Shown here one piece after another: positions 28,817 to 40,104 of a stretch of 64,000 nt of DNA (its first letter is position 1; every line of letters begins with the position of its first letter). Below the pieces are notes generated by a model that saw nothing but the letters and a program-made list of their open reading frames with translations, was not told the origin of the DNA and did not search any database. The stretch is from NCBI GenBank assembly GCA_963836185.1, contig CAWIIQ010000001.1, positions 64,001 to 128,000 on the forward strand. Direction: 5' to 3'. A program made the position numbers and the translations under genes. Source of the DNA: Candidatus Krumholzibacteriia bacterium (GTDB lineage: Bacteria > Krumholzibacteriota > Krumholzibacteriia > Krumholzibacteriales > Krumholzibacteriaceae).

Positions 28817-29245
28817 ATGTTGATGCCGAAACGCACAAAATTCCGCAAACAGCAGCGGGGCCGGATGCGAGGCGCAGCCTACCGCGGTTCGAAGATCAGC
28901 TTCGGCGAGTTCGGACTGCAGGCCGAGGCTCCCGGCTGGATCACGAACAGGCAGATCGAAGCTGCTCGTGTCGCGATCATGCGTCATATCAAGAGGCAGG
29001 GAAAGTTGTGGATCCGCATCTTCCCCGACAAGCCCGTAACCGTGAAGCCCGCGGAGACCAGAATGGGCAAGGGTAAGGGCGCTCCCGAGTTCTGGGTGGC
29101 CGTCGTAAAGCCCGGCCGTATCATGTTCGAGCTCGCGGGTGTGGATCATAAGGAAGCAAAGAGAGCTATGGAGCTTGCTTCCGCGAAGCTTCCAATCAGG
29201 GTAAAGTTCGTTCGCCGTGTCGCTACTGGAAAGGTGGCCGGCTAG
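28817..29245 (+). CDS. rplP: 50S ribosomal protein L16
   Basis: [19 protein letters not shown]. Confidence 0.97.
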   Translation: MLMPKRTKFRKQQRGRMRGAAYRGSKISFGEFGLQAEAPGWITNRQIEAARVAIMRHIKRQGKLWIRIFPDKPVTVKPAETRMGKGKGAPEFWVAVVKPGRIMFELAGVDHKEAKRAMELASAKLPIRVKFVRRVATGKVAG

Positions 29246-29265
29246 ACAACCGGATGGTTTAAGAG

Positions 29266-29478
29266 ATGAAAGCTGTTGAACTGAAAGAATTGACAATGGA
29301 TGAGCTGATCGACCGCGAAGACGAGCTTGGTGAAGAGCTGACGCGTCTGCGGATACAGCTCTCGATCAAGCGTCTCGATAACCCCCTTCAGGTAAGGGTC
29401 GTCAGGCGTGACCTCGCAAGGGTAAAGACCATCATCGCCGAGAAGGCGGCGGCAGTGGACGGCGCGCAGGAAGGCTGA
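29266..29478 (+). CDS. rpmC: 50S ribosomal protein L29
   Basis: MKAVEL, NP..VRRDLARVKT; synteny. Confidence 0.94.
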   Translation: MKAVELKELTMDELIDREDELGEELTRLRIQLSIKRLDNPLQVRVVRRDLARVKTIIAEKAAAVDGAQEG

Positions 29479-29515
29479 CAGCTTTTCAAGGCGCACTGTA
29501 AGATGAGGAGTTGAA

Positions 29516-29773
29516 ATGGAAGAAAGAAAGCCCAGAAAAAGTCTTGTGGGGCGGGTCGTGAGCGACAAGATGGACAATACGGTGACGATATCCATCGAGC
29601 GCACTTTTCAGCACCCGATGTACAAGAAGATCGTCAAGAAGACGTCGAAGATCTGGGCGCACGACGCCGAGAACGAATGTCGGACCGGAGACAAGGTAAA
29701 AGTCATGTCGACGAGGCCGCTCAGCAAGCTGAAACGCTGGCGTGTCGTTGAGATCATTGAGAGGGCACAGTAG
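29516..29773 (+). CDS. rpsQ: 30S ribosomal protein S17
   Basis: GRVVSDKM, HPMYKK, RPLSKLKRW. Confidence 0.96.
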   Translation: MEERKPRKSLVGRVVSDKMDNTVTISIERTFQHPMYKKIVKKTSKIWAHDAENECRTGDKVKVMSTRPLSKLKRWRVVEIIERAQ

Positions 29774-29782
29774 GAGACGACG

Positions 29783-30151
29783 ATGATCAAGATGCAGACA
29801 AATCTGGCTGTCGCGGACAACTCGGGAGCCAAAAGCATCCGGTGTATCAAGGTCCTCGGGGGCTCGAGAAGGCGCTACGCATCCATCGGGGATATCATAA
29901 GCGCTTCCGTTCGTGTAGCGATGCCGGGCGGAGCCGTCAAGAAGGGCGAAGTTGTCAAGTGCGTCATAGTGCGCACGAAGAAGGAAGTAAGGCGGAGAGA
30001 CGGATCGTATATCAGATTCGACCAGAATGCCGCCGTAATAATCAACGAGCAGAAAGAGCCAGTCGGGACGAGGATCTTCGGCCCGGTGGCAAGGGAGCTC
30101 AGGGAGAAAAAGTTCATGAAGATCGTCTCCCTGGCACCGGAGGTTATCTGA
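29783..30151 (+). CDS. rplN: 50S ribosomal protein L14
   Basis: [25 protein letters not shown]. Confidence 0.97.
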   Translation: MIKMQTNLAVADNSGAKSIRCIKVLGGSRRRYASIGDIISASVRVAMPGGAVKKGEVVKCVIVRTKKEVRRRDGSYIRFDQNAAVIINEQKEPVGTRIFGPVARELREKKFMKIVSLAPEVI

Positions 30152-30171
30152 ATACCGGGCGGAAACTCGAA

Positions 30172-30492
30172 ATGAAGATCAAGAAGAATGATACTGTAAG
30201 AGTAATCGCGGGCAACGCGAAAGGAACCGAAGGAAAGATCCTCAAGGTCTTTCCCGAAAGTAATCGTGTTATCGTCGAAAAGGTCAATATGATCAAGCGG
30301 CACACGAGGCAGACGAGTCAGGCCGACCAGGGCGGGATCGTCGAGAAGGAAGCGCCGATAAACGCTTCGAATGTGATTCTCATATGCCCGAAGTGCAGCA
30401 AGCCGACGAGAACGATGCACTCAAGCCTGTCCGACGGCCGCAAGGTCCGACGCTGCAAGAAGTGCAATGAGACACTGAGTGACGAGGATTAA
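30172..30492 (+). CDS. rplX: 50S ribosomal protein L24
   Basis: MKIKKNDTVRVIAG, GGIVEKEAPI. Confidence 0.95.
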   Translation: MKIKKNDTVRVIAGNAKGTEGKILKVFPESNRVIVEKVNMIKRHTRQTSQADQGGIVEKEAPINASNVILICPKCSKPTRTMHSSLSDGRKVRRCKKCNETLSDED

Positions 30493-30519
30493 CGTTAACT
30501 GATTCAGACGGTGAGACTA

Positions 30520-31074
30520 ATGGCTGAAAAAAAACCGAATGTCAGGCGGCTTTACGAAGAGAAGGCCATTCCCGAACTGATGAAGAAGTTCGGGTACAAG
30601 AATATCATGCAGGTGCCGCGTTTCGAAAAGATCGTCGTCAACATGGGGGTCGGAGAGGCCCAGCAGGACGCCAAGATCCTCGACGCGGCAGTAAAGGACA
30701 TGACTACGATCACGGGGCAGGCCCCGGTCGTATCCAGGGCGCGCAAGTCGATAGCGGGCTTCAAGCTCCGCGAAGGAGTCCCCGTGGGCTGCTTCGTCAC
30801 CCTCAGGGGAGAGCGCATGTGGGAGTTCTTCGACAGGCTCGTTAACGTCGCTGTCCCTCGAATCAGGGATTTCCGCGGCTTGAGCCCGAAGAGTTTCGAT
30901 GGACGGGGCAATTACTCGTTCGGCGTAAGAGAGCAGATCATATTCCCCGAGATCGATTACGACAAGATCCTGAAGGTCATGGGTATGGATATAACGATTG
31001 TAACAAGTGCCGGTACTGACGAAGAGGCCAGGGAGCTGATAACGCTCCTGGGTATGCCTCTGCGTCAGAACTGA
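30520..31074 (+). CDS. rplE: 50S ribosomal protein L5
   Basis: [24 protein letters not shown]. Confidence 0.97.
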   Translation: MAEKKPNVRRLYEEKAIPELMKKFGYKNIMQVPRFEKIVVNMGVGEAQQDAKILDAAVKDMTTITGQAPVVSRARKSIAGFKLREGVPVGCFVTLRGERMWEFFDRLVNVAVPRIRDFRGLSPKSFDGRGNYSFGVREQIIFPEIDYDKILKVMGMDITIVTSAGTDEEARELITLLGMPLRQN

Positions 31075-31088
31075 TCCAAGGAGGCTTC

Positions 31089-31274
31089 GTGGCCAAGAAG
31101 TGTTTGATAGCGAAAGCTAAAAGGGCGCCAAAGTTCAAGGTCCGCACATACAACCGGTGCAGCCGGTGCGGACGCTCGAGGGCGTACCTCAGGAGATTCG
31201 GAATCTGCCGCATATGCTTCAGGGAACTGGCGCTCGAGGGCAAGATCCCCGGTGTCGTCAAGGCAAGCTGGTAG
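31089..31274 (+). CDS. rpsN: 30S ribosomal protein S14 type Z
   Basis: 61 aa, [22 protein letters not shown]. Confidence 0.96.
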   Translation: MAKKCLIAKAKRAPKFKVRTYNRCSRCGRSRAYLRRFGICRICFRELALEGKIPGVVKASW

Positions 31275-31311
31275 TGCCGTTGGTATTGAAACAGACGAGG
31301 TGAATTTAGAG

Positions 31312-31707
31312 ATGATGACCGATCCCATTGCTGACATGCTGACCAGGATCAGAAACGCGTACAGGTCCAACAAGGACCATGTGGACATTCCTGCGTCGAA
31401 GATCAAGGCTCAGATCGCGCGGATAATGCTCGAGGGCGGATACATTAAGAACGTCAAGTTTATCGACGACGGCCTTCAGGGCTCGATTCGCGTTTACATT
31501 AAATACAACGAAGGCCGCAGATCGGCCATTGAGGGCATCCGAAGGATCAGCCTGCCCAGCCGCAGGGTGTATGTCACGAGAGACAGGCTTCCCAGGGTAA
31601 TGGGCGGCTTCGGCACTGCCATCATTTCGACGTCGCATGGAATAATGACCGACAAGGAAGCCCGCAAGGACGGCGTGGGCGGCGAGGTGCTCTGCCACAT
31701 CTGGTAG
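31312..31707 (+). CDS. rpsH: 30S ribosomal protein S8
   Basis: [20 protein letters not shown]. Confidence 0.96.
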   Translation: MMTDPIADMLTRIRNAYRSNKDHVDIPASKIKAQIARIMLEGGYIKNVKFIDDGLQGSIRVYIKYNEGRRSAIEGIRRISLPSRRVYVTRDRLPRVMGGFGTAIISTSHGIMTDKEARKDGVGGEVLCHIW

Positions 31708-31735
31708 CGCTGCGCAGACGGAGGTTTAGAGAGTA

Positions 31736-32284
31736 ATGTCACGAGTTGGTAAGAATCCGATACAGGTCCCGGCCGGGGTGACGGTCGAGTTGAAGAACAA
31801 CAATATCAAGGTCAAGGGACCGAAGGGCGAGCTCGCGAGGACACTGCACCCTGACATGATCGTCGAAGCGTCGGCGGATGTAATCCTCGTGAAGAGGCCG
31901 ACCGAATCGAAGCCGCACAAATCGCTTCACGGACTGACCCGCACCCTCATCTTCAACATGGTCGAGGGAGTTTCGACAGGCTTTACACGTAACCTTGAGA
32001 TCGAGGGCGTGGAGTACAGGGCCGAGCTTAAGGGCAAGGCGCTCGTGATGGCTCTCGGTTATTCGCATCCGGTACGCTATGAGCCTGCCGAGGGCGTGGA
32101 GATAGAGGTCGCCGACCCGAAGAAGATCGCGGTGAAGGGGATCGACAAGCAGAAGGTCGGACAGGCCGCAGCCGAGATACGCGGTTTCAGGCCTCCCGAG
32201 CCTTACAAGGGTAAAGGTATTCGCTATGCCGGCGAGCAGGTTAGACGCAAGGCCGGTAAGACTGCAGTCGGTTCAGGCTTCTAG
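31736..32284 (+). CDS. rplF: 50S ribosomal protein L6
   Basis: VKGPKG, LGYSHP, PEPYKGKGIRY. Confidence 0.97.
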   Translation: MSRVGKNPIQVPAGVTVELKNNNIKVKGPKGELARTLHPDMIVEASADVILVKRPTESKPHKSLHGLTRTLIFNMVEGVSTGFTRNLEIEGVEYRAELKGKALVMALGYSHPVRYEPAEGVEIEVADPKKIAVKGIDKQKVGQAAAEIRGFRPPEPYKGKGIRYAGEQVRRKAGKTAVGSGF

Positions 32285-32369
32285 CCTGGCCACAGCACAG
32301 GGACGGAGGCGGGGTCGCCAGGCGAAGCGGCCCGTGCGCCCCGGCCGATGACAGGAGTTGGAAGAAGAG

Positions 32370-32804
32370 ATGAGCAAGGCATACGAGAAGAGGCAGCAGA
32401 GACTGAGCAGGAAGGTAAGGGTCCGCAAGAAGGTGCGCGGCACCAGCGAAAGGCCCCGCCTCTCAGTCTACAGGTCCCTCAATCACATCTACGCTCAGGT
32501 GATCGACGACGATTCGGGCAAGACGCTCGCTTCGATATCGAGCCTGCGCCTGGAGGTGCCTGCCGTAGAGGCCGCGGAGGCTGCACCGGCGGAAGAAGAG
32601 GGCAAGAAGGACAAGAAGAAAAAGAAAGAGAAGAAGCCCGAGGGACTCAAGGTGCGCCGCTCGCGCGCGGTCGGCAAGGCGATCGCCGAGAAGGCCACCG
32701 GCCTCGGTATAAAGAAAGTCGTGTTCGACAGAGGCGGCTTTCTATATCACGGAAGGGTCGCAGCTCTGGCGGAGGCAGCCAGAAAGAACGGACTGGAATT
32801 CTAA
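32370..32804 (+). CDS. rplR: 50S ribosomal protein L18 with internal low-complexity insertion
   Basis: [29 protein letters not shown]. Confidence 0.95.
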   Translation: MSKAYEKRQQRLSRKVRVRKKVRGTSERPRLSVYRSLNHIYAQVIDDDSGKTLASISSLRLEVPAVEAAEAAPAEEEGKKDKKKKKEKKPEGLKVRRSRAVGKAIAEKATGLGIKKVVFDRGGFLYHGRVAALAEAARKNGLEF

Positions 32805-32854
32805 TTGAGACGGCTCGCGGGACTGCGGGCTGAACGCGCACGGGGGTGCGATAG

Positions 32855-33511
32855 TTGAACACAAGAGACAGAAGAGATTCCCGAAGGGACAACAGGCGTG
32901 ACAGGCGTGACGACAGCGGTCCGGAGTATCTTGAGCAGACGGTTCACATCAACCGTGTGGCCAAGGTAGTCAAGGGCGGCCGCCGTTTCAGCTTCAACGC
33001 TCTTGTTGCCGTCGGCGATGGTATGGGCAAGGTCGGCATCGGCCTGGGTAAGGCGAATGAGATCAGCGATGCCATCCGCAAGGCCGGCGAAGCAGCTCGC
33101 AAAGCCATGATCACGGTTCCGATGATCGGGGGGACGATACCCTACAAGACGATCGGTCGGTATGGAGCTGCGAGGGTCCTGCTCAAACCGGCGGCTCCGG
33201 GAACCGGCGTTATCGCCGGCGGAGGCGTTCGCAGCGTTCTCGAGGTGGCTGGTGTGAGGGATATCCTCACCAAGTCGCTCGGCTCCAACAATCCGCACAA
33301 CATGGTGAAAGCCACGATGGTCGGTATCAAGAGCCTGAAGAGCGCGAAGGATGTCGCGAAGAGACGAAATATATCGGTGAGGAAGCTTTTCGCCCTCGAT
33401 GACAAACCGGCGCCAGAGGTCAAGGCTGAAGTCGAAGAGAAGCCGGCCGTTGAGGCCGCGCCTGTCGTCGAAGAGAAGGCTGCCGGGGATACCCCGGAGC
33501 AGGGCGAATAA
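32855..33511 (+). CDS. rpsE: 30S ribosomal protein S5 with terminal extensions
   Basis: [23 protein letters not shown]. Confidence 0.96.
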   Translation: MNTRDRRDSRRDNRRDRRDDSGPEYLEQTVHINRVAKVVKGGRRFSFNALVAVGDGMGKVGIGLGKANEISDAIRKAGEAARKAMITVPMIGGTIPYKTIGRYGAARVLLKPAAPGTGVIAGGGVRSVLEVAGVRDILTKSLGSNNPHNMVKATMVGIKSLKSAKDVAKRRNISVRKLFALDDKPAPEVKAEVEEKPAVEAAPVVEEKAAGDTPEQGE

Positions 33512-33565
33512 AGAGAGGCTTCCGGTAACGGTTTTCCTTTCTGGAGAAACGGACGAGGATTTGAG

Positions 33566-33853
33566 ATGGCCAAGAAACTGAAGATAACACAGGTGCGCAG
33601 TATCATCCATTCCCAGGAGAAGAAGCACAAGCGCGTGATGACTTCCCTGGGATTCACGAAGAACTACGCCACGCTGTACAAGAACGACAACGCCCAGATC
33701 AGGGGCATGCTGGCGAAAGTGCGCCACCTGGTCGAGGTCGAGGAGATCGAGGAAAAGGACGTGCCTGTTGCCGCCAGCCGGACCAAGGGCTATACGGTGA
33801 TAAAGGCAGCCACGAAGACAGGTAAAAAGGAGCCAGACGGAGATGAAACTTAA
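33566..33853 (+). CDS. rpmD: 50S ribosomal protein L30 with C-terminal extension
   Basis: [20 protein letters not shown]; synteny. Confidence 0.92.
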   Translation: MAKKLKITQVRSIIHSQEKKHKRVMTSLGFTKNYATLYKNDNAQIRGMLAKVRHLVEVEEIEEKDVPVAASRTKGYTVIKAATKTGKKEPDGDET

Positions 33854-34325
33854 CGAGATCAGCCCGGCAAAGGGTGCCGTAAAGAAAAGGAAACGGGTCG
33901 GATGCGGTCCCGGTTCCGGTCACGGCAAGACCGCCACGAGGGGCCACAAGGGGCAGAACTCGCGAAGCGGCGGAGGAGTTCCTCCCTGGTTCGAGGGTGG
34001 TCAGATGCCGTTGCAGAGGCGTCTGCCGAAGAGAGGGTTCCACAACCTTTTCAGAGTCAATTATCAGGTTGTCAATCTCGATGATCTTGCCAGATTCGAG
34101 AGCGGCACGAAGATAAACAGGGGCGTATTGATCGAGGCCGGCCTCGTGAAAAAGGCCACAGAGCCCGTAAAGATACTCGGACGCGGAGAGCTGAAGGTCG
34201 CCCTCGAAGTAGAGGTCGATGGTTTCAGCAGAAGCGCCGCGAAAGCGATCCGGGACGCGGGGGGCAGTGTTTCCCTCGTCTCCGGTAAGAACGTTCCAGT
34301 TCCTGAAGAGGAGGAGCGCCAGTAA
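33843..34325 (+). CDS. rplO: 50S ribosomal protein L15
   Basis: GSGHGKT, FEGGQMPL.RRLPKRGF. Confidence 0.96.
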   Translation: MKLNEISPAKGAVKKRKRVGCGPGSGHGKTATRGHKGQNSRSGGGVPPWFEGGQMPLQRRLPKRGFHNLFRVNYQVVNLDDLARFESGTKINRGVLIEAGLVKKATEPVKILGRGELKVALEVEVDGFSRSAAKAIRDAGGSVSLVSGKNVPVPEEEERQ

Positions 34326-35629
34326 TGCTTAAGAAGTTTCAGGATATATTCAGTATTCCGGAGCTCAAGAGGCGCATTCTCTTCACGATAGGCCTTCTTG
34401 TGGTCTACCGGATCGGCGGACACATCACGACACCGGGAGTCAACCCGCTTGCGCTGAGCTATTTCTTCGAGAGCCAGCGCGGGACGATCTTCCAGCTCTA
34501 CGATCTGTTTGCCGGCGGTAACCTCAGAAGAGCCACGATCTTCGCGCTGGGCATCATGCCTTATATCAGTGCGTCGATCATCATGCAGCTTCTCCAGGCG
34601 GTAATACCGTTCTTCGAGAAGCTCGCGAAAGAAGGCGAGGAAGGGCGCAAGAAGATCACGCAGTACACGAGGTACGGGACCGTCGTCCTGGCTCTCGTGC
34701 AGTCGGTCGGCATAACCGTGTTCCTGATGAACATGCAGCCGGGCGGTGTGCAGGTCGTCACGATGAATCCGCTGGCGTTCAGGCTCCTTACCATGCTTAC
34801 GATGACCGCCGGAACGATCTTCGTGATGTGGCTCGGGGAGCAGATATCCGAGCGGGGAATCGGAAACGGCATCTCGCTGATCATCATGATCGGTATCGTT
34901 GCCCAGTACCCGACATACTTCCTCAGCTCCTGGAGAGCTTTGAAGCTCGGACAGATCACTCCGCTGAGGCTGCTCGTGTTCGTTGTAGTGCTTGTGGGGG
35001 TCGTGGCCGCTGTGATCCTGATCACGCAGGGCCAGAGGAGGATACCGGTCCAGTACGCCAAGAGGATCGTGGGCCGCAAGGTCTACGGGGGTCGTTCCCA
35101 GTATATCCCGCTGAGGGTAAACACGGCGGGCGTTATCCCGATTATCTTCGCGCAGTCGATCATGGTCTTCCCGACGACGATCGCGTCGTTCTTCAATCTC
35201 GGTTTCATGGATACGTTCCAGCTCTATATGTCGCCGGGCACAGTGTTGTACATGACGATATATTCGCTGATCATTATATTCTTCACATACTTCTACACGG
35301 CGATCGTCCTCAATCCGGTCGATCTCGCCGACAACATGAAGAAGTATGGAGGGTTCATCCCCGGGATCAGGCCGGGAAAGAAGACGAGTGATTACATCGA
35401 CAGGATCCTCTCGAGGGTCACGCTCCCCGGAGCTGTGTTCCTCGCGTTTATCGCGGTTCTGCCCGATATCCTCTACCGGAGAGCCGGACTTCCGTTCTAC
35501 TTCGGCGGAACGGGCCTGCTGATCGTCGTCGGCGTTATGCTCGACACGCTCCAGCAGATCGAGACGCACCTCCTGATGAGGCACTACGACGGATTCATGA
35601 AGAAGGGCCGCCTGCGCGGAAGGCGTTAG
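34325..35629 (+). CDS. secY: Preprotein translocase subunit SecY
   Basis: ALGIMPYISASII, GIGNGISL, IPGIRPGK, GGTGLLIVV. Confidence 0.97.
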   Translation: MLKKFQDIFSIPELKRRILFTIGLLVVYRIGGHITTPGVNPLALSYFFESQRGTIFQLYDLFAGGNLRRATIFALGIMPYISASIIMQLLQAVIPFFEKLAKEGEEGRKKITQYTRYGTVVLALVQSVGITVFLMNMQPGGVQVVTMNPLAFRLLTMLTMTAGTIFVMWLGEQISERGIGNGISLIIMIGIVAQYPTYFLSSWRALKLGQITPLRLLVFVVVLVGVVAAVILITQGQRRIPVQYAKRIVGRKVYGGRSQYIPLRVNTAGVIPIIFAQSIMVFPTTIASFFNLGFMDTFQLYMSPGTVLYMTIYSLIIIFFTYFYTAIVLNPVDLADNMKKYGGFIPGIRPGKKTSDYIDRILSRVTLPGAVFLAFIAVLPDILYRRAGLPFYFGGTGLLIVVGVMLDTLQQIETHLLMRHYDGFMKKGRLRGRR

Positions 35630-35647
35630 AAGGGCCCGCAGAAGAAA

Positions 35648-36304
35648 GTGAATGTAATGGCCGCAAGGCATGTAATAATAATCGGCCCCCCGGGATCTGG
35701 CAAAGGCACGCAGGCTATGCGGGTCGCCGATCAGCTCGAACTCAGGCACCTCTCGACGGGGGACCTTCTCAGGGAAGGCGTTTCAGCCGGAACAGAGCTG
35801 GGCAAAAAGGCCGAGGAGTACATGAAGGCGGGGCTGCTCGTTCCTGACGAGATCATGCTCGGCCTGATAAGGGAACAGTTCGAGGCCCTCGAGGGCGGCG
35901 GCTGGATCCTCGACGGATTTCCCAGGACGCTCCCGCAGGCCGAGGCGCTTGCCGAGCTGCTGGATGAGAAGGGGCTGGGCATAGATATGGTCCTTCTCAT
36001 AGATGTCGAAAGCGAAGAGATTGTGGGCCGGCTGACCAGCCGCCGGATATGCGGCGACTGCAAGGCGGTCTATAACCTTTCGATGCTCCCCGACGGCGAT
36101 GACAGCGTCTGCGAGAAATGCGGAGGCAAGCTCGTGACAAGGCCGGATGACAGGGAAGAGACAGTCAGAAGGCGACTGAAAGTGTACGAGGAGCAGACTT
36201 CGCCGGTTCTGGAGTTCTACCGCAAGTCGCCAGGCGTGACGGAGATCGCCGGTACCGGGGATATTGACGAGATCACCGCGGAAATAGTCCGCGCGATGAG
36301 ATGA
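35648..36304 (+). CDS. adk: Adenylate kinase (zinc-binding LID)
   Basis: GPPGSGKGT, LDGFPRT, CGDC/CEKC, RPDD. Confidence 0.96.
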   Translation: MNVMAARHVIIIGPPGSGKGTQAMRVADQLELRHLSTGDLLREGVSAGTELGKKAEEYMKAGLLVPDEIMLGLIREQFEALEGGGWILDGFPRTLPQAEALAELLDEKGLGIDMVLLIDVESEEIVGRLTSRRICGDCKAVYNLSMLPDGDDSVCEKCGGKLVTRPDDREETVRRRLKVYEEQTSPVLEFYRKSPGVTEIAGTGDIDEITAEIVRAMR

Positions 36305-37044
36305 TAAATATAAAGACCGAGCTGGAACTCGAGAAGATGAGAAAAAGCGGGGAAGTCCTCAGGGAGACCTTTTCCGTTCTCGAGAAGATGATCCGGCCCG
36401 GAGTGACGACCGCGGAGCTTGATGAGGCCGCAGAGGAGTACATGAGGTCGCGGAGCGGTATTCCCGCTTTCAAGGGATACCAGGGATACCCGGCGACGAT
36501 ATGCGCTTCGGTCAACGAGCAGGTCGTCCACGGCATTCCCGGCAAGCGTTCCCTCGAAGAGGGAGACATAGTCGGGATCGATATGGGAGTCGTTCTCGAG
36601 GAGTTCTACTCAGACGCTACGAGGACGTATCCCGTAGGGACGATATCGGAGGAAGCAGACCGCCTGATCAGGGTCACTAAAGAGTCTCTCGATCAGGGGA
36701 TAGAACAGGTGAGACCGGGAAATCACCTCTCCGATATCTCGCATGCGATACAGAAGCATGCTGAGAGCCACGGGTACTCGATCGTTCGGGCGCTTGTCGG
36801 TCACGGGATCGGACGGAGGATGCACGAAGAGCCCCAGATCCCGAATTTCGGCCCTCCCGGAAAAGGGCCGGAGCTCAAGGCGGGGATGGTCCTCGCGATC
36901 GAGCCGATGGTAAATGTCGGTACGCACGATGTCCTGACGCTCGAAGACAAATGGACCTTTGTTACGGTTGACGGGAAGCTATCCTGTCACTTCGAAGATA
37001 CGGTGGCGGTTACCGATAGCGGTTACCGGATCATGACCCGGTGA
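36301..37044 (+). CDS. map: Methionine aminopeptidase type I
   Basis: [31 protein letters not shown]. Confidence 0.96.
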   Translation: MINIKTELELEKMRKSGEVLRETFSVLEKMIRPGVTTAELDEAAEEYMRSRSGIPAFKGYQGYPATICASVNEQVVHGIPGKRSLEEGDIVGIDMGVVLEEFYSDATRTYPVGTISEEADRLIRVTKESLDQGIEQVRPGNHLSDISHAIQKHAESHGYSIVRALVGHGIGRRMHEEPQIPNFGPPGKGPELKAGMVLAIEPMVNVGTHDVLTLEDKWTFVTVDGKLSCHFEDTVAVTDSGYRIMTR

Positions 37045-37090
37045 CCATCGGCCACGCAAACCGCGGACGGATGTTAAACGGAAAGGCTGT

Positions 37091-37309
37091 ATGGCCAAAC
37101 AGAAGGGCATACCGGTAGAGGGAACGGTCGTCGAGGCGCTGCCCAACGCGATGTTCCGGGTCGAGCTCGAGAACAAGCATATCGTGCTCGCCCATGTTTC
37201 CGGGAAGATGAGGATGCATTTCATCAGGATCCTCCCGGGAGACAGGGTCGCACTTGAACTGAGTCCCTACGATCTTGGCAGAGGAAGGATCACATACCGG
37301 TACAAATAG
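37091..37309 (+). CDS. infA: Translation initiation factor IF-1
   Basis: [27 protein letters not shown]. Confidence 0.97.
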   Translation: MAKQKGIPVEGTVVEALPNAMFRVELENKHIVLAHVSGKMRMHFIRILPGDRVALELSPYDLGRGRITYRYK

Positions 37310-37397
37310 ACCCGGGTATCGGGACGGCCGGTAGACGATTCCACCGCCAGCGGCACGGAGAAGACTGTGCCAGCGGACCGGAAAGGATAGAACAGAG

Positions 37398-37511
37398 ATG
37401 AAGGTCAGAAGTTCAGTAAAGAAGATGTGCCCCAGCTGCAAGATTATAAAGCGCAAGGGTGTTCTGCGTGTCATATGCAAGAACCCCAAGCATAAGCAGC
37501 GACAGGGATAG
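37398..37511 (+). CDS. rpmJ: 50S ribosomal protein L36
   Basis: Manual translation [37 protein letters not shown]; not in ORF track. Confidence 0.96.
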   Translation: MKVRSSVKKMCPSCKIIKRKGVLRVICKNPKHKQRQG

Positions 37512-37551
37512 GGGCTGCAGAAGTAACTGGGAATACGAAAGGAGAACACCT

Positions 37552-37923
37552 GTGGCGCGAATAGTCGGAGTCGATATACCCGACAACAAGCATGTTGAGA
37601 TCGCATTGACTTATATCTTCGGAATAGGTCGTACGAGTGCCGTCGAGATCCTTGAAAAGGCCAGGATCCCTTTGATGACAAAGACGAAGGAACTGACCGA
37701 CGAGCAGACAGCAAGGATCAGGGAGATCATCGAGAGTGATTACACGATCGAGGGTTCTCTCAGGACGGAAAGAACGATGAATATCAAGCGGCTGATGGAT
37801 ATCGGCTGTTATCGCGGTCTCAGGCACAGGCACGGGCTGCCCTGTCACGGTCAGCGGACGCATACGAATGCCCGCACCCGTAAGGGCCCCCGACATCGTC
37901 CGGGTTCAAAGAGGAAAAAATAG
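37552..37923 (+). CDS. rpsM: 30S ribosomal protein S13
   Basis: [30 protein letters not shown]; GTG start. Confidence 0.96.
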   Translation: MARIVGVDIPDNKHVEIALTYIFGIGRTSAVEILEKARIPLMTKTKELTDEQTARIREIIESDYTIEGSLRTERTMNIKRLMDIGCYRGLRHRHGLPCHGQRTHTNARTRKGPRHRPGSKRKK

Positions 37924-37983
37924 GGCTGATACGCATATTGAGGTCATGCCTCGATCTTGACGGTATTATTAGGGAGGTTTCAA

Positions 37984-38373
37984 TTGGCCCGTCCGCAGAA
38001 GACGAAGAAGAAAAAACTGAAGAAGGTGGATGCGTATGGCATCGCTCATGTTAAATCCACCTTCAATAACACCATCATAACGATAACGGACCGTGAAGGT
38101 GCCGTGGTCGCGTGGTGCAGCCCGGGAAAGGTCGGATACAAGGGCTCGAGGAAGAGCACGCCTTTCGCCGCGCAGCAGGCGGCCCAGACCGTCGCACGGG
38201 ACGCCCTCGCTATGGGGATGAAAAAGGTAGAGGCCTGGATCAAGGGCCCCGGACCGGGCAGGGAAGCAGCGATACGTTCGCTTCGTGCCGCTGGTCTCGA
38301 GGTATCCGGGATCAAGGACTGCACACCTATTCCTCACAATGGCGTGAGGCAGAAGAAACGCAGGAGAATCTGA
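37984..38373 (+). CDS. rpsK: 30S ribosomal protein S11
   Basis: [23 protein letters not shown]; TTG start after GGAGG. Confidence 0.96.
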   Translation: MARPQKTKKKKLKKVDAYGIAHVKSTFNNTIITITDREGAVVAWCSPGKVGYKGSRKSTPFAAQQAAQTVARDALAMGMKKVEAWIKGPGPGREAAIRSLRAAGLEVSGIKDCTPIPHNGVRQKKRRRI

Positions 38374-38432
38374 CCCTCAAGAATTGGATCAAGAGGACGA
38401 TCGGCCCCGTTGGGCCGGGGAGGTAACTTTAA

Positions 38433-39062
38433 ATGGCGAGATACACAGGTCCCGCATGCAAACTCTGCAGAAGAGAGGGGACCAAGCTGTTCCTTAAAGG
38501 GGACCGTTGCTACTCCGACCGCTGCGCAATCGAGAAGAGGAACTATCCTCCCGGTGAGCACGGGCGCGCGAGATTCAGCAGGAGGAGTAACTACAGGATA
38601 CAGCTGAGGGAGAAGCAGAAGCTGCGCCGTATGTACCAGCTGCTTGAGCGTCAGTTCCGCAACTACTTCAAGGCAGCCGAGACGAGCAAGGGCGTAACCG
38701 GTGAGAACCTTCTCAGACTGCTCGAGCAGAGGCTGGACAATATGGTCTACAGGATGGGCTTCGCGCCTTCCCGTGCGACCGCGCGCCAGCTGATTCTGCA
38801 CAATCATTTCGAAGTAAACGGCAAGAGGGTCAATATCCCCTCTTACCAGCTTAGTGTGGGCGACCGTGTCGCTCCGAGGGAGAAGAGCAAAAACCTTCTC
38901 GTCATCGAAGAAACAATCAAGGGATACGGAAGCCGTGGAACGGTTCCCTATATCTCGGTCGATGTCAGTAAGAAGGAAGGGACCTACGCCGAGGAACCGA
39001 CGAGAGACGTCATACCGGTACCCGTCGAGGAAAACCTGATCGTGGAGCTTTACTCCAAGTAA
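38433..39062 (+). CDS. rpsD: 30S ribosomal protein S4
   Basis: MARYTGP.CKLCRRE, QLREKQK, LEQRLDN, VELYSK. Confidence 0.97.
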   Translation: MARYTGPACKLCRREGTKLFLKGDRCYSDRCAIEKRNYPPGEHGRARFSRRSNYRIQLREKQKLRRMYQLLERQFRNYFKAAETSKGVTGENLLRLLEQRLDNMVYRMGFAPSRATARQLILHNHFEVNGKRVNIPSYQLSVGDRVAPREKSKNLLVIEETIKGYGSRGTVPYISVDVSKKEGTYAEEPTRDVIPVPVEENLIVELYSK

Positions 39063-39106
39063 TCTGGCATAGGCGGCTCGCCAGCCGCGCAAGGAGGATT
39101 GCTTAG

Positions 39107-40102
39107 ATGAAATGGCGTAATCTATTAATGCCCAAAGAAATCGTGATGGACGAAAGTTCGTACGGCCCGAAATTCGCCAGCTTTAGTGTGGAGCCGCTCG
39201 AGCGCGGTTTCGGAAATACGATCGGGAACGCCCTTCGCAGGACGCTCCTGTCCTCGATCCAGGGGGCAGCCGTTACGGCAGTCAAGATCGACAAGGTGCA
39301 GCATGAGTTCAGTACGATAAAAGGCGTCAAGGAAGACGTGACCGACATCGTGCTCAATCTCAAGCAGATCATTCCCGTGATGCACTGCGATGATCCGAGG
39401 TTCCTGACCATCGATACGAACAAGAAGGGTGAGATCACCGCGGCCGATATCAACGAGGATGCGGAGATCGATATCCTCAACAAGGACCAGGTGATCTGCA
39501 CGTGCACCGAGAAAGCGAAGCTGAAGATGGAGATCCTCATAGGCCACGGGAGGGGATATGTTCCCGCTGAGGCCCACGTCCTCGAGGATTACGCGATCGG
39601 CCTGATACCGATCGATTCGAACTTCAGCCCCGTGACACTGGTCAACTATACGGTGAAGAATACGCGAGTCGGACAGAGGACCGATTACGATTCGCTTAAA
39701 CTGGATGTTACGACAAACGGAAGCGTCACTCCCGACGATGCACTCGGGTACGCGGCGAAGATCCTCAAGGATCACATGCTTCTGTTCATTCATTTCGAGG
39801 AGGAGCCGGTCGAGGAGATCGACGAGGTGGTCAACGAGGAATCGGAGAAGATGAAAGAGCTGCTCGAAAGAAGCGTCGAGGAACTCGAGCTTTCCGTCAG
39901 GTCCTCGAACTGTCTCAAGGCAGCGAATCTCAAGAATCTCGGCGAGCTCGTCACGAAGTCGGAGAGCGATATGCTCAAGTATCGCAATTTCGGCCGCAAG
40001 AGCCTCAAGGAGATAGCGGATATTCTCGACGGCATGGGACTTCACCTCGGGATGGACATCGATACCGCCGAACTGACTAAAAAGGACGAAGAGGAGAAGT
40101 AG
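39107..40102 (+). CDS. rpoA: RNA polymerase alpha subunit
   Basis: [31 protein letters not shown]. Confidence 0.97.
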   Translation: MKWRNLLMPKEIVMDESSYGPKFASFSVEPLERGFGNTIGNALRRTLLSSIQGAAVTAVKIDKVQHEFSTIKGVKEDVTDIVLNLKQIIPVMHCDDPRFLTIDTNKKGEITAADINEDAEIDILNKDQVICTCTEKAKLKMEILIGHGRGYVPAEAHVLEDYAIGLIPIDSNFSPVTLVNYTVKNTRVGQRTDYDSLKLDVTTNGSVTPDDALGYAAKILKDHMLLFIHFEEEPVEEIDEVVNEESEKMKELLERSVEELELSVRSSNCLKAANLKNLGELVTKSESDMLKYRNFGRKSLKEIADILDGMGLHLGMDIDTAELTKKDEEEK

Positions 40103-40104
40103 CA